Positions 15,798 to 24,461 of a stretch of 40,834 bases of DNA are shown one piece after another. The stretch's first letter is position 1, and each line of letters opens with the position of its first letter. The notes beneath the pieces are model-generated. The model had not been told where the DNA came from, made no database searches, and saw only the letters and a program-made list of their open reading frames with translations. The translations under genes were made by a program, and so were the position numbers. Origin of the DNA: Patescibacteria group bacterium (GTDB lineage Bacteria; Patescibacteriota; Minisyncoccia; Phycocordibacterales; JACOZG01); contig JBBTTW010000001.1 of assembly GCA_038064055.1 (NCBI GenBank), positions 1-40,834 of the forward strand. Reading direction: 5' to 3'.

Positions 15798-16901
15798 TTA
15801 ACGTCTAATCGGCATAATAAGATAAGTGAAATTAGGATCATCCAAACCCTTAATCACTATCGGTTTAAGTGGGCCATTGAAACCAAGGATGATTTTCTCT
15901 GAATTAATCGCGTTTAAGCCATCGAGTAAGTACTTCAAATTCAAACTAAGGGCCAAGGTCTCACCCTCCACCACCTCGCAATTAATCCAGGCCACATTGT
16001 CACCATTATCATTAATGGTTTTAACTTCCAATTTACCCTCTTGGTTTAAACTTAATTCCGCTTGGTTTAATTTATCGACAAAAACATTAGCTAATTTAAG
16101 TAAGGGGAGTAACTCATTCCGTGCCACGGTGATTTGAGTGGTGAAACGAGTAGGGATAATTTGCCGGTAATCAGGAAAGACACCGTCGATTAATCTTGAG
16201 GTGAGGTGGAAGTTTTCAGCTTTTAATGATAGTTGGTGTTTATTGTATTCAACCTTCAAATCCAAATCCAAACCATCCAAAATTCTTATTATTTCAATAA
16301 TGTTTTTCAGGGGGATAATTAAATAAGGGAGATTGGTTTTGGTGTTCTTTTGGGTTAGTTTTTTTTCCGCTAAACGGAAAGAGTCTGTCGCCACCCAGAA
16401 TAAGCCGTCGGGTTGGTTATATAAGCAAACACTGGATATTTCAGCTTTCAGATTGGAAATTGAGGCGCTATACCAGACGTATTTTAAATCCTCAACCAAA
16501 TCTTGAGATTTTAGGTCTAAAGAATCAGGTTTGTCTGGTTTCGGGATTGAGGGGAAATCATCAGTGGGGTAACTTTTTATCTTCGTTGAATGATTAGGGG
16601 AAGAAATATTTAGATTACCATCAATTAAATCCAATTTAACTCGATCTTCGTTTAAATTAAGATTACTTAAAAAATTACCAAGGAGTGATCCATTAAGAGC
16701 AACTGATCCCTCTTTATTAATTTTTACCGGAATGGAAATCTCAAAACCTAAATCCAAATTAGTTGATTTGATTTTCAACACTCGATTATTAGCCTCAAGG
16801 ACAATATAGGACAAAACTGGGAGGGATAAATTCTTACCTGTAACTCGTTCGGCTAATAGTACAGCGGATTGTAATTTATTTTTAGAACACTCTAGATTCA
16901 T
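15798..16901 (-). CDS. dnaN: DNA polymerase III beta sliding clamp
   Basis: It is 367 aa long and starts with an N-terminus of the (M)..........L......V......LPVLS.I.LEA type. It sits downstream of dnaA. Confidence 0.88.
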   Translation of the reverse strand: MNLECSKNKLQSAVLLAERVTGKNLSLPVLSYIVLEANNRVLKIKSTNLDLGFEISIPVKINKEGSVALNGSLLGNFLSNLNLNEDRVKLDLIDGNLNISSPNHSTKIKSYPTDDFPSIPKPDKPDSLDLKSQDLVEDLKYVWYSASISNLKAEISSVCLYNQPDGLFWVATDSFRLAEKKLTQKNTKTNLPYLIIPLKNIIEIIRILDGLDLDLKVEYNKHQLSLKAENFHLTSRLIDGVFPDYRQIIPTRFTTQITVARNELLPLLKLANVFVDKLNQAELSLNQEGKLEVKTINDNGDNVAWINCEVVEGETLALSLNLKYLLDGLNAINSEKIILGFNGPLKPIVIKGLDDPNFTYLIMPIRR

Positions 16902-17036
16902 AATAGATTATTTATTAATTAAGAAAGATATATTAATGATATTAGGTCGGGGGATAAGTGGATAATTCGTAAATACACTCAAGTTTACTAATTCAATTAA
17001 ATTTATTTTTTGGTTCAAGTTGTGAATAGGTGTTAG
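16902..17036. promoter_or_regulatory. AT-rich dnaA-dnaN spacer with degenerate DnaA boxes (candidate oriC half / unwinding region)
   Basis: The spacer is very AT-rich. It contains AGTGGATAA at 16957-16965 (8/9 to TGTGGATAA) and TGTGAATAG at 17021-17029 (7/9). Confidence 0.5.
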
Positions 17037-18407
17037 TTAGTTTTGGTATAGTAAACTACGGATCTGTTCTAATTCACGAGTTAGTAACTGGTTATCCCCA
17101 AGATCATTCTTAATTTTATCGTAAGCGTGGATGACAGTGGTGTGATCTCGGCCACCAAGTTTTTGTCCGATATAAGGGTAGGAAGTATTAAAGTCTTCTC
17201 GAAGAATATACATCGCCACTTGGCGCGGCTTCACCACCTCTTTCTTCCGAGTCTTCTCATAAAGCTTCTTCTCATCAATATGGTAGAAATCAGCCACCAC
17301 AGTTGTCACATCTTTAATTGAGATGTTTTTCTTGGGTTTGATATTGTTTTTAATCAACCCCTTAACCTCATTGATTGTGAGGGGGCGTTTCTTTAAATAA
17401 GATTGGCAAATAATGATATTTAGAGCCCCTTCGAGTTCCCGAATATTATCTTGAATTACTGAACCCATATACTCCAAGATTTCATCTGGTGGGGTGAAAT
17501 TACTAAGCCTAGACTTGTGTTTTAATATAGCCAAACGTGATTCCAGGTCTGGTTTCCCCACATCCACCGTCATCCCCCCTTCTAATCGAGATCGCAGGCG
17601 GTCTTCGATTCCACTAATATATTTCGGTGCCTTATCAGAAGAAAAGATGATCTGTTTGTTGTTTTCGTAGAAACTATTAAAAAGATGGAATAATTCTTCT
17701 TGAGTCTTCTCTTTCCCGGATAAAAACTGGACGTCATCCATAATCAAGACATCATATTTACGATACTTCTCCTTAAAGAGATTACCCCGATTGTTTTGCA
17801 CGGAATTAATATAATCCATCATAAAGCGTTCCGAGGTGATGTAATGAACCCGCTTACTCCCACCGGAATTATTCTTCACATGATTACCAATTGCTTGGAT
17901 GAGGTGGGTTTTACCCAAACCAGTACCACCATAGATGAAAAGAGGGTTATAGAGACTCCCCACCTTCTTTACCACAGCTTGGGAGGCGGCATAAGCTAGT
18001 TCATTGAAGGAGCCAACCACAAAGAGATCGAACACATATTTAGGATTAAGGTTATCTTCTTTATTGATATAGATCTCCGACATTGGAATCTGTTGATTCC
18101 CCCATTCGGTTGGGGTGGGATAACCCTCCGGCTTCTTCGCCTTCTCTGGTTCCTCTTGGCGACTAATCAAATATTCCACCCCTCTAATCTCGGGTTGGAT
18201 ATTACGGAGAGATTTCAGGATAAACTTATGGTACTTATTAAGTAACCACTCTTTAACGAAGGTATTAGGTACCCCCAAGAAGACGATTCCCGACTCTAGC
18301 TTGTTAATCGAAGTGTTTTTGAACCAAGTGCCGAAAGTGGCTTGAGAAATACCCATTTCAATTTCTGCCAATACTGTTTCCCAAAGTCGCTTGTTGTCCA
18401 AAACCAT
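17037..18407 (-). CDS. dnaA: Chromosomal replication initiator DnaA
   Basis: It has the AAA+ block GGTGLGKTHLIQAIGN, the block VLIMDDVQFL and a C-terminal DNA-binding helix region (RQVAMYILRE....S...IG..LGGRDHTTVIHA). Confidence 0.95.
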   Translation of the reverse strand: MVLDNKRLWETVLAEIEMGISQATFGTWFKNTSINKLESGIVFLGVPNTFVKEWLLNKYHKFILKSLRNIQPEIRGVEYLISRQEEPEKAKKPEGYPTPTEWGNQQIPMSEIYINKEDNLNPKYVFDLFVVGSFNELAYAASQAVVKKVGSLYNPLFIYGGTGLGKTHLIQAIGNHVKNNSGGSKRVHYITSERFMMDYINSVQNNRGNLFKEKYRKYDVLIMDDVQFLSGKEKTQEELFHLFNSFYENNKQIIFSSDKAPKYISGIEDRLRSRLEGGMTVDVGKPDLESRLAILKHKSRLSNFTPPDEILEYMGSVIQDNIRELEGALNIIICQSYLKKRPLTINEVKGLIKNNIKPKKNISIKDVTTVVADFYHIDEKKLYEKTRKKEVVKPRQVAMYILREDFNTSYPYIGQKLGGRDHTTVIHAYDKIKNDLGDNQLLTRELEQIRSLLYQN

Positions 18408-18457
18408 ATGAGCCCCATTATAGGTTCACTGACTGGGATACTCAACTTGCGCACACC

Positions 18458-18487
18458 TGTTGATAATCAGTGGATTATTGTGGATAA
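18458..18487. promoter_or_regulatory. Cluster of three phased DnaA boxes upstream of dnaA
   Basis: The boxes are TGTTGATAA (18458-18466, 8/9), AGTGGATTA (18469-18477, 7/9) and TGTGGATAA (18479-18487, 9/9). All are in the same orientation and are spaced 11 and 10 bp apart. Confidence 0.65.
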
Positions 18488-18532
18488 CTAAAAAATTTGG
18501 AAATAGAGGCGAGATGAGCTACACTAGAACCA

Positions 18533-18667
18533 ATGTCTCAAACATATCAACCCAAAAAGCGAAAACGCCATAAAACACACGGTTTTTTGGTCCGAAAGCG
18601 AACTCCTGGCGGTCGTCGAGTGGTTCAAGCTCGTCGTCGCAAGGGGCGAGCTAAGCTCACCGTCTAA
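18533..18667 (+). CDS. rpmH: 50S ribosomal protein L34
   Basis: I translated this by hand because it is below the ORF-track size cutoff. It reads [44 protein letters not shown] (44 aa), the canonical L34 sequence, and sits upstream of rnpA. Confidence 0.92.
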   Translation: MSQTYQPKKRKRHKTHGFLVRKRTPGGRRVVQARRRKGRAKLTV

Positions 18668-18677
18668 TCTTTCCTCG

Positions 18678-19028
18678 ATGTTCCCACGCGAGCGGCGAGT
18701 TCTGAAATCTCTTTTTCCCGAGATTTTAAAGAATAGTCGGTCTTACCACTCCCCCAACCTGACTATTCGATTAACTGGAAGACTAAAAAGTGACGATCAG
18801 CAAAAACCAACCCAATTTTCCGTTATTGTGAGTGGTCAAGTGTCTAAGAAGGCGGTAACCAGAAATCTTTGGAAGCGCCGAGTGAGAAATATTACTATGA
18901 GACACTTAGATCGGATGAGAGGTGGACACTATTGTCTTATATTCTTAAAACCAAGTGTGATGAAGTTGTCTTTTAAAATTTTAGAAGAAGAATTAATGTC
19001 CTTGTTCTATAAGACCAAACTAATTTAA
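18678..19028 (+). CDS. rnpA: RNase P protein component
   Basis: It is 116 aa long and contains the basic RNR-type motif KKAVTRNLWKRRVRN. It lies in the rpmH-rnpA-yidC synteny block. Confidence 0.85.
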   Translation: MFPRERRVLKSLFPEILKNSRSYHSPNLTIRLTGRLKSDDQQKPTQFSVIVSGQVSKKAVTRNLWKRRVRNITMRHLDRMRGGHYCLIFLKPSVMKLSFKILEEELMSLFYKTKLI

Positions 19029-19030
19029 TT

Positions 19031-19789
19031 ATGATTTCAAGCCTATTTAAGTCTGTATTTATCGAACCACTCTATAATTCACTGGTTTTTCTAAGCGCGG
19101 TGCTTCCTTGGGAAAGTTTGGGTGGAGCGATTATCATCCTCACTTTAGTGGTTAAATTCATTCTCCTTCCATTCCAGCACAAAATCATTAAAACCCAAAA
19201 GCAATTAAAGTTAATCGAGCCAAAACTCCAAGAAATAAAGAAAAACACCAAAGATGATCGAAGTGAGCAGGCTAAACAGATAATGCTCCTTTATAAAACC
19301 CACGGCATCAACCCCCTCACCTCTTTCTGGACCCTATTGATTCAAATCCCGATCATTCTGGCTTTGTTTTTTGTCTTTAAGAGCAGTGCCACTCTTCATC
19401 CGGAATTGATCTACTCCTTTACCCCAAGTCCTAATGAAATGTCCTTAATCTGGCTTGGGTTGATTGATCTAAGTAAAACATATTTCCCCCTAGCCTTACT
19501 GGTAGGGGTGACGCAGTTTATCCAACTTTGGTTGGCTAATCCTAAAATCAGTCTTCCGGACAGTAATTCCTCTAGTAATAATCAAATTATCGCCCAGAAA
19601 ATGCAAACCCAAATGCGCTATATCCTACCGATCTTCATCATTTTCGCCGCTTCCAGCTTACCTTCAGCGATCGGCCTCTACTGGATAACAAGTAACCTCT
19701 TCGCCATTACTCACGAGTGGTGGGTGCGACGGGAGTCAGATCGTCTTTTAGCTCCACCTGACGGAGTTGCCCCGTCTCCCGCTCGATAA
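19031..19789 (+). CDS. yidC: Membrane protein insertase YidC/Oxa1 (short form)
   Basis: It has a multi-pass topology and the blocks KLQEI....KDD...Q..MLLYK.HGINP and GLYWITSNLF. The last 83 nt overlap the convergent gene 19707..21005. Confidence 0.85.
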   Translation: MISSLFKSVFIEPLYNSLVFLSAVLPWESLGGAIIILTLVVKFILLPFQHKIIKTQKQLKLIEPKLQEIKKNTKDDRSEQAKQIMLLYKTHGINPLTSFWTLLIQIPIILALFFVFKSSATLHPELIYSFTPSPNEMSLIWLGLIDLSKTYFPLALLVGVTQFIQLWLANPKISLPDSNSSSNNQIIAQKMQTQMRYILPIFIIFAASSLPSAIGLYWITSNLFAITHEWWVRRESDRLLAPPDGVAPSPAR

Positions 19790-21005
19790 AGATCACTTTT
19801 CGCTCATCCTTGGTGACCAATAATTGAGTCGCATCACCCAAACCGGCTGTTTCCGCCCAAACTAACTGGCTCGTACCAGTGTCGGCATTAATTTTCCAGA
19901 CTAAATCATTAAATTTCATTCCTCCTAAGAGTCGATTAACCAAAGAGAAACCCACTCCAACACTTTGCGGCGCAGCGCAGTAGACGAAGGTCGAATTATT
20001 GTTCCAGGCGCACTTATTAGCCAGAGTTTTCACCGTTAAAAGCCTGGTTTCCTTCGTGCTTCGGATGTAGAGGCTAAGTTCAAGGCCCAAATTGCCGATT
20101 TTAGAGTAAAGAATCTTTTGCCCGCTCGGACTAATGAGGGTGACTAAACCGTTAATTCCACTCAAAATCGGATCGGCGCTATTATTTTTTAAATTAACCA
20201 AGTATAAGTAGCCGGGTAAATTGTCGGCGGGGCGACTAGTGAGGCCAAGGAGACTCTTTTCCGGCCAAGCGACCAGCCATTGATTTAATTTCGAATTAAA
20301 AACCAAAGAAGTTTTACCGGTTTTAATGGTTGTGACTTTACCAATCGTGTCTTCCCCGACCGTCTCCAAGGTGAAGAATTGATCTCGGGCTGGAGACAAC
20401 ACAAGCTCACGTATCTGAGGGCTAAGACTCTCGATTGGTGGTTCAGGTAAATTTAACTCAGTGGTGCTTGTAGCGAGAGTAACGGTGGCTTGGAAGTAAT
20501 TCTTACTTTCCCCGGCTAGAGTAGAGAACCAAGCTGTTAATTTGCCACTATTTAGAACCAGCGACCCGGCCTCAATCGCGCCGCGGACGGGTAAGCGCGC
20601 GAGCGAGCGCTTCTCGCCGCTCCTTAGATCCACTTCCACTACGAGCCCCGTTTCGCGCTCGAGGAAGATGAGTTTATCGCTCGCGCTTGAGGTGGCGGCG
20701 CTAATAATCATCGCGCCGCTCGCGGCGCGGCTGTTTAAAATACTCAAACCCGAAGGTTGGTCGGGTGTGGGTGCGACTGAATCATTAGTTTGCGAAGGGT
20801 TAGGGTTTGGTTGATTGGGGTCGGGAAGTGGTGTGGGGTCAATGATTGGATCAGAGATGGGGAAATTCTGGCCCAAACTATCGTCAAGCACCGGCGCCGC
20901 TGGAACGTTGGGGCCACCCCGATTAAACTGGAGGTACCACCAGACGCCGCCACCGACGCCGGCGAGGATGAGGATGATAATTAAAACGATTAGAAATTGC
21001 CTCAT
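19707..21005 (-). CDS. Membrane-anchored protein with Pro-rich linker and beta-rich (propeller-like) domain; last gene of the T4SS-like operon
   Basis: An N-terminal TM segment (FLIVLIIILILAGVGGGVWWYL) is followed by a PxP-rich linker. The body repeats short beta-strand motifs (e.g. LIFLERETG..VEVDL / VIFIERETGQLRQVEL). It starts 6 nt after the pilin-like gene. Confidence 0.75.
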   Translation of the reverse strand: MRQFLIVLIIILILAGVGGGVWWYLQFNRGGPNVPAAPVLDDSLGQNFPISDPIIDPTPLPDPNQPNPNPSQTNDSVAPTPDQPSGLSILNSRAASGAMIISAATSSASDKLIFLERETGLVVEVDLRSGEKRSLARLPVRGAIEAGSLVLNSGKLTAWFSTLAGESKNYFQATVTLATSTTELNLPEPPIESLSPQIRELVLSPARDQFFTLETVGEDTIGKVTTIKTGKTSLVFNSKLNQWLVAWPEKSLLGLTSRPADNLPGYLYLVNLKNNSADPILSGINGLVTLISPSGQKILYSKIGNLGLELSLYIRSTKETRLLTVKTLANKCAWNNNSTFVYCAAPQSVGVGFSLVNRLLGGMKFNDLVWKINADTGTSQLVWAETAGLGDATQLLVTKDERKVIFIERETGQLRQVELKDDLTPVAPTTRE

Positions 21006-21011
21006 ATTATT

Positions 21012-21431
21012 TTAACGTGACGCCTCTTGCCCCACTTGCTGGGGCGGTTTAAGGTCGAAGTTAAGTTTAACCAACTCGGGGTTGATGCTTCTGAGTATAA
21101 GGTAAGCGGCGAGAGCCAATACGAGACCCCAAATCGCTTCCGTGATCTGCTTCTTCCCCTCCTCTTTAACCCCGGGGATGGAACTTAAGATATATTTAAA
21201 GCCACCGATGGCGATCATTAGAGCGGCGAGCGTAGCGGCTAAGCCAATAGCGATTGGGAAGACGAAACCCAAATATTCGGTTAAACCAGAAAATTGACCT
21301 TGACTCGTTAGAGTCACGGGGTTTTGAAGAGGTTCGAGTAAAACAACTCCGGGCGCATTTTCAGCCAACGCGACACCGCTCGAGGTTAAAATCATACCCA
21401 GAACCAAGATGATTAATCCAAACTTCTTCAT
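21012..21431 (-). CDS. VirB2/TrbC-like T4SS pilin candidate
   Basis: A signal peptide (…SSGVALA|EN) is followed by two hydrophobic helices separated by a short charged loop (GVKEEGKKQ). At 139 aa, its size and topology fit VirB2-type pilins. Confidence 0.55.
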   Translation of the reverse strand: MKKFGLIILVLGMILTSSGVALAENAPGVVLLEPLQNPVTLTSQGQFSGLTEYLGFVFPIAIGLAATLAALMIAIGGFKYILSSIPGVKEEGKKQITEAIWGLVLALAAYLILRSINPELVKLNFDLKPPQQVGQEASR

Positions 21432-21432
21432 T

Positions 21433-22164
21433 TTAAAATTGGAAGGTGTTTAAACCGAAACCGATCGGCAATTTACCGGTAGCCGATTGGAGTGGATAAT
21501 TCTTATTCAGCACCGCGAGATCAAGCGCCGTCTCCCCCACTTGATCGGCGGTAGCGACGACCGTCAGCCGGCGGGGATCCTCCGTGGCCGGCACAATCTT
21601 CTGCCCCTTAATCGACCATTCGAAAGACAAACGACGATTGAGCCAGTCCTCGATAGAGAAAAAGAGGGGTTCGGCAATGATCTTCGTCTCATCACTTACG
21701 ATTTGGAGTCGCGCCAGGCTCTTCGTGTGATCGATCACCCCATCTTTGATGGCATAGAAGCGGAGTTCGGGCCGAGCAACACTCACTCGCGCCTCCCCCG
21801 CGGCGACACTTACGCCATCTCGCCGCGCCACATTAACTTCAATTAAATTAACTTCGCCGGCGCGACTAGCGGCGCGGTAGTCGAAAGTGTCGCGCCCAGC
21901 GCCGGAGGCGCTCCTTATCTCCACCCCATCCTTCCGCCAATTGAAATCTAGATCTTGGACCTTAAGCTTCACCCCACTTGAGTTATAGATCGTCGGGACA
22001 GCGACCACGCGGACGAGGCTACTCGGGGTGGGTAGGGTCCGACCCTCATACCATACCGGCGCATAAGTCTTCGCCTCCCAAATAAGCGCTACCTCGGACG
22101 TTTGAGCTAGCACCGGAGTCGTGGCAAGCAAAAAGAAACTAAAGATGAAAAGAAATCTTAACAT
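21433..22164 (-). CDS. Secreted hypothetical protein (243 aa)
   Basis: It has a signal peptide (FLFIFSFFLLATTPVLAQT) and is beta-rich. It is tightly packed within the operon. Confidence 0.7.
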   Translation of the reverse strand: MLRFLFIFSFFLLATTPVLAQTSEVALIWEAKTYAPVWYEGRTLPTPSSLVRVVAVPTIYNSSGVKLKVQDLDFNWRKDGVEIRSASGAGRDTFDYRAASRAGEVNLIEVNVARRDGVSVAAGEARVSVARPELRFYAIKDGVIDHTKSLARLQIVSDETKIIAEPLFFSIEDWLNRRLSFEWSIKGQKIVPATEDPRRLTVVATADQVGETALDLAVLNKNYPLQSATGKLPIGFGLNTFQF

Positions 22165-22197
22165 TTAGCACCCTAATTATAACTTATTTGGGCAAAC

Positions 22198-22623
22198 TTA
22201 CTCAATCGAACCTCTTAAATAGCGACCCTTCTCCAATCTCTTGATCAATTTCTCAGCATCAACCCGTCCATGGGTTTTATTGTAAAGAGTGTCTTCAGCT
22301 TTAAGCCATGATATTTGTAACACTACACGCAATGTCCATATGGGAAGAGCATTGAAAATAGGTAATTCTTCCATAGGAGGAAGCACCCACATAATAAACG
22401 CTTGTTTTACTGTGTCAGACAGGCCCCAGCCCTTAATTGATGTCCAAAGATAGAAGGTTAACCAGACAAAAATACTAAAGAAAAATGACGCGATCCAGCC
22501 AACATAAACAATAGAAACAAGAAAAACTTGAACTAGGTCAAAAATAACCGCCGCCGATACCATTAGAAAAGCCGAGCTAAACTCCACCCGATTCCTCTTC
22601 TCAAATTCTTGGGGTTTAGGCAT
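22198..22623 (-). CDS. Small polytopic membrane protein (141 aa)
   Basis: It has three or four hydrophobic segments. Its GC content is clearly lower than that of the flanking operon genes. Confidence 0.6.
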   Translation of the reverse strand: MPKPQEFEKRNRVEFSSAFLMVSAAVIFDLVQVFLVSIVYVGWIASFFFSIFVWLTFYLWTSIKGWGLSDTVKQAFIMWVLPPMEELPIFNALPIWTLRVVLQISWLKAEDTLYNKTHGRVDAEKLIKRLEKGRYLRGSIE

Positions 22624-22642
22624 CGAATTGGTTTAAGAATAA

Positions 22643-24460
22643 TTAGGCCGCCCCCACTCCTGCCGCGAGATCGTTCTTCGCCTTCTTGATCGATAGTAAT
22701 TGGGAGGGGTCGGAGGTAATGATCTGATCTTCGGTGTAAGAGGAGATGATCTTAATGGCAATGTGCTTCAAACCGGCGAAGAAGATCCCCTCCCCAACGC
22801 CGGACTCAAGTAAGAGGTACTTCTCCTCATCGGTCAGTTGGAAGGTCTTCTGCACTAGGTCAATTGAGGCGGGCGACTGCTTCAAGAGGAGTTGGATTGA
22901 GGAGTTGGTGATGATCGGCAGGCCATAAGGTGAGAGGAGGAAGTCCCCGACGTCTTGAGTGATCGTCGCCACTCCCAAGTAGTACTTGCGACCCCGCTTC
23001 ACGAGGGAGAAGAGGAAGGAGGCGGTGTCTTTCGACTTCATCATCCACCAAGCCTCATCGACCACGAGGAGGCGCTTCTTTAGGTTGCGGCGGATGGCGT
23101 TCCAGATGTTGTGCATCACGATGTACATCGCCACCGGCTTCAACTCATCTTCCATATCGCGAACAGAGAAGACGACGAACTTCTTATTAATATCGACATT
23201 AGTCGGCTTGTTAATGAAGCCGGCCCAAGTGCCTTGAGTGTACTTGGCGAGCCTCTGCGCCAACGTCTCCCCGCCCTCCATGCCGGCGAGGACGAATTCG
23301 AGATCGGAAAGGAGCGGCGCTGGTTTGCCGCTAAAGTCGGAGTCGGGGGTAATGTCTTTCAGGGCATACGTTTCCGTAATCGCGCTATCAAGCACGGCAT
23401 CTTCTTCGGGAGTAAGGCCGCCAAGCATGAGTCGGAAGAGACCGACTAAGTTAATGATGTTCGACCGGAGCACATCAGCCGGTGACTCATCTTCGCGTGG
23501 GAAGGGTAGGTCAAAGGGATTGATGTGGTGCTCGGAAGTGAGGGAGATGTTGAAGTAGCGACCCCCGACGGCTTCGGCGAGGAATTCGTACTCGCGCTCG
23601 GGGTCAACGACGATGACGTCGGCGTCGAACATCAAGCTCCGCAAGATCTCAAGCTTGGTGGCGTAAGACTTACCGGCGCCCGACTTGGCGAAGATAACGG
23701 AGTTGTAGTTCTCAAGGGAGAAGCGATCGAAGAGGACGAGGCTCGAGTTATGACGATTAACGCCGTAGAGGATTCCTTTATTGGAAGTGAGGTCGAAGGA
23801 GACGAAGGGGAAGAGAGAGGAAAGGGGGGCCGAATTTAGTTTGTAATTAACTTGGAGTAAGTTCTCGGCAATCGGCAGAGTGCTCTTGAAACCCTCTTCT
23901 TGCTGGAAGAGGGCGGGCTTAAGGTAGACAAGCTTGGCATCGAGCAACCCCTTCACTTCCGATTCAATCTCGTTCAACTCATCTTCGGTGTCGCCGTAGA
24001 TGGTGAGGTATAGGCCAACGTCGAAGATCTTCTCCCGTGCTTGCTGGAGGGCGTCGCGGAGACTCTCAATGTCTTGGTAGGCCACATCGAGGACGGGGTC
24101 GCGCACTAACCCCTTCTCCTCCTTCATGCTGATCTGGCTTTGGACTTCAGCCACCTTCTTCTCCAGTTGGCGCAAAGCGACGGCGGTGTCGATCGGGTGG
24201 ATCAAGATGGAGACGTCAAAAATTTTGTCTAAATTAATTATCGGCGAGAACCAATCACCGGCAAGGAAGCGCGGGTAGGAGATGACGAAGAGAGTTCGCG
24301 CCACCTTCTCCCCCAAGTGGATGAGGCGCGGGGTGATCTTGAGCGCCGAAGGCGCGATGATGTCCTTCAGCTCAAGCACCCCCATCTTATAGATGTCGGC
24401 CGGTAAGATCGGGGCGATCGTGTTTTGGGTTGTCTTTGGTTTTTTACTAAATAATCCCAT
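22643..24460 (-). CDS. virB4: VirB4-family T4SS ATPase (central plus ATPase domains)
   Basis: It has Walker A FAKSGAGKSYATK and Walker B LLVVDEAWWMM. The block VARTLFVISYPRFLAGDWFSPII...DVSILIHPID matches the Gram-positive VirB4 (Tn916 Orf16 / PrgJ-type) mid-domain as I remember it. Confidence 0.85.
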   Translation of the reverse strand: MGLFSKKPKTTQNTIAPILPADIYKMGVLELKDIIAPSALKITPRLIHLGEKVARTLFVISYPRFLAGDWFSPIINLDKIFDVSILIHPIDTAVALRQLEKKVAEVQSQISMKEEKGLVRDPVLDVAYQDIESLRDALQQAREKIFDVGLYLTIYGDTEDELNEIESEVKGLLDAKLVYLKPALFQQEEGFKSTLPIAENLLQVNYKLNSAPLSSLFPFVSFDLTSNKGILYGVNRHNSSLVLFDRFSLENYNSVIFAKSGAGKSYATKLEILRSLMFDADVIVVDPEREYEFLAEAVGGRYFNISLTSEHHINPFDLPFPREDESPADVLRSNIINLVGLFRLMLGGLTPEEDAVLDSAITETYALKDITPDSDFSGKPAPLLSDLEFVLAGMEGGETLAQRLAKYTQGTWAGFINKPTNVDINKKFVVFSVRDMEDELKPVAMYIVMHNIWNAIRRNLKKRLLVVDEAWWMMKSKDTASFLFSLVKRGRKYYLGVATITQDVGDFLLSPYGLPIITNSSIQLLLKQSPASIDLVQKTFQLTDEEKYLLLESGVGEGIFFAGLKHIAIKIISSYTEDQIITSDPSQLLSIKKAKNDLAAGVGAA

Positions 24461-24461
24461 A

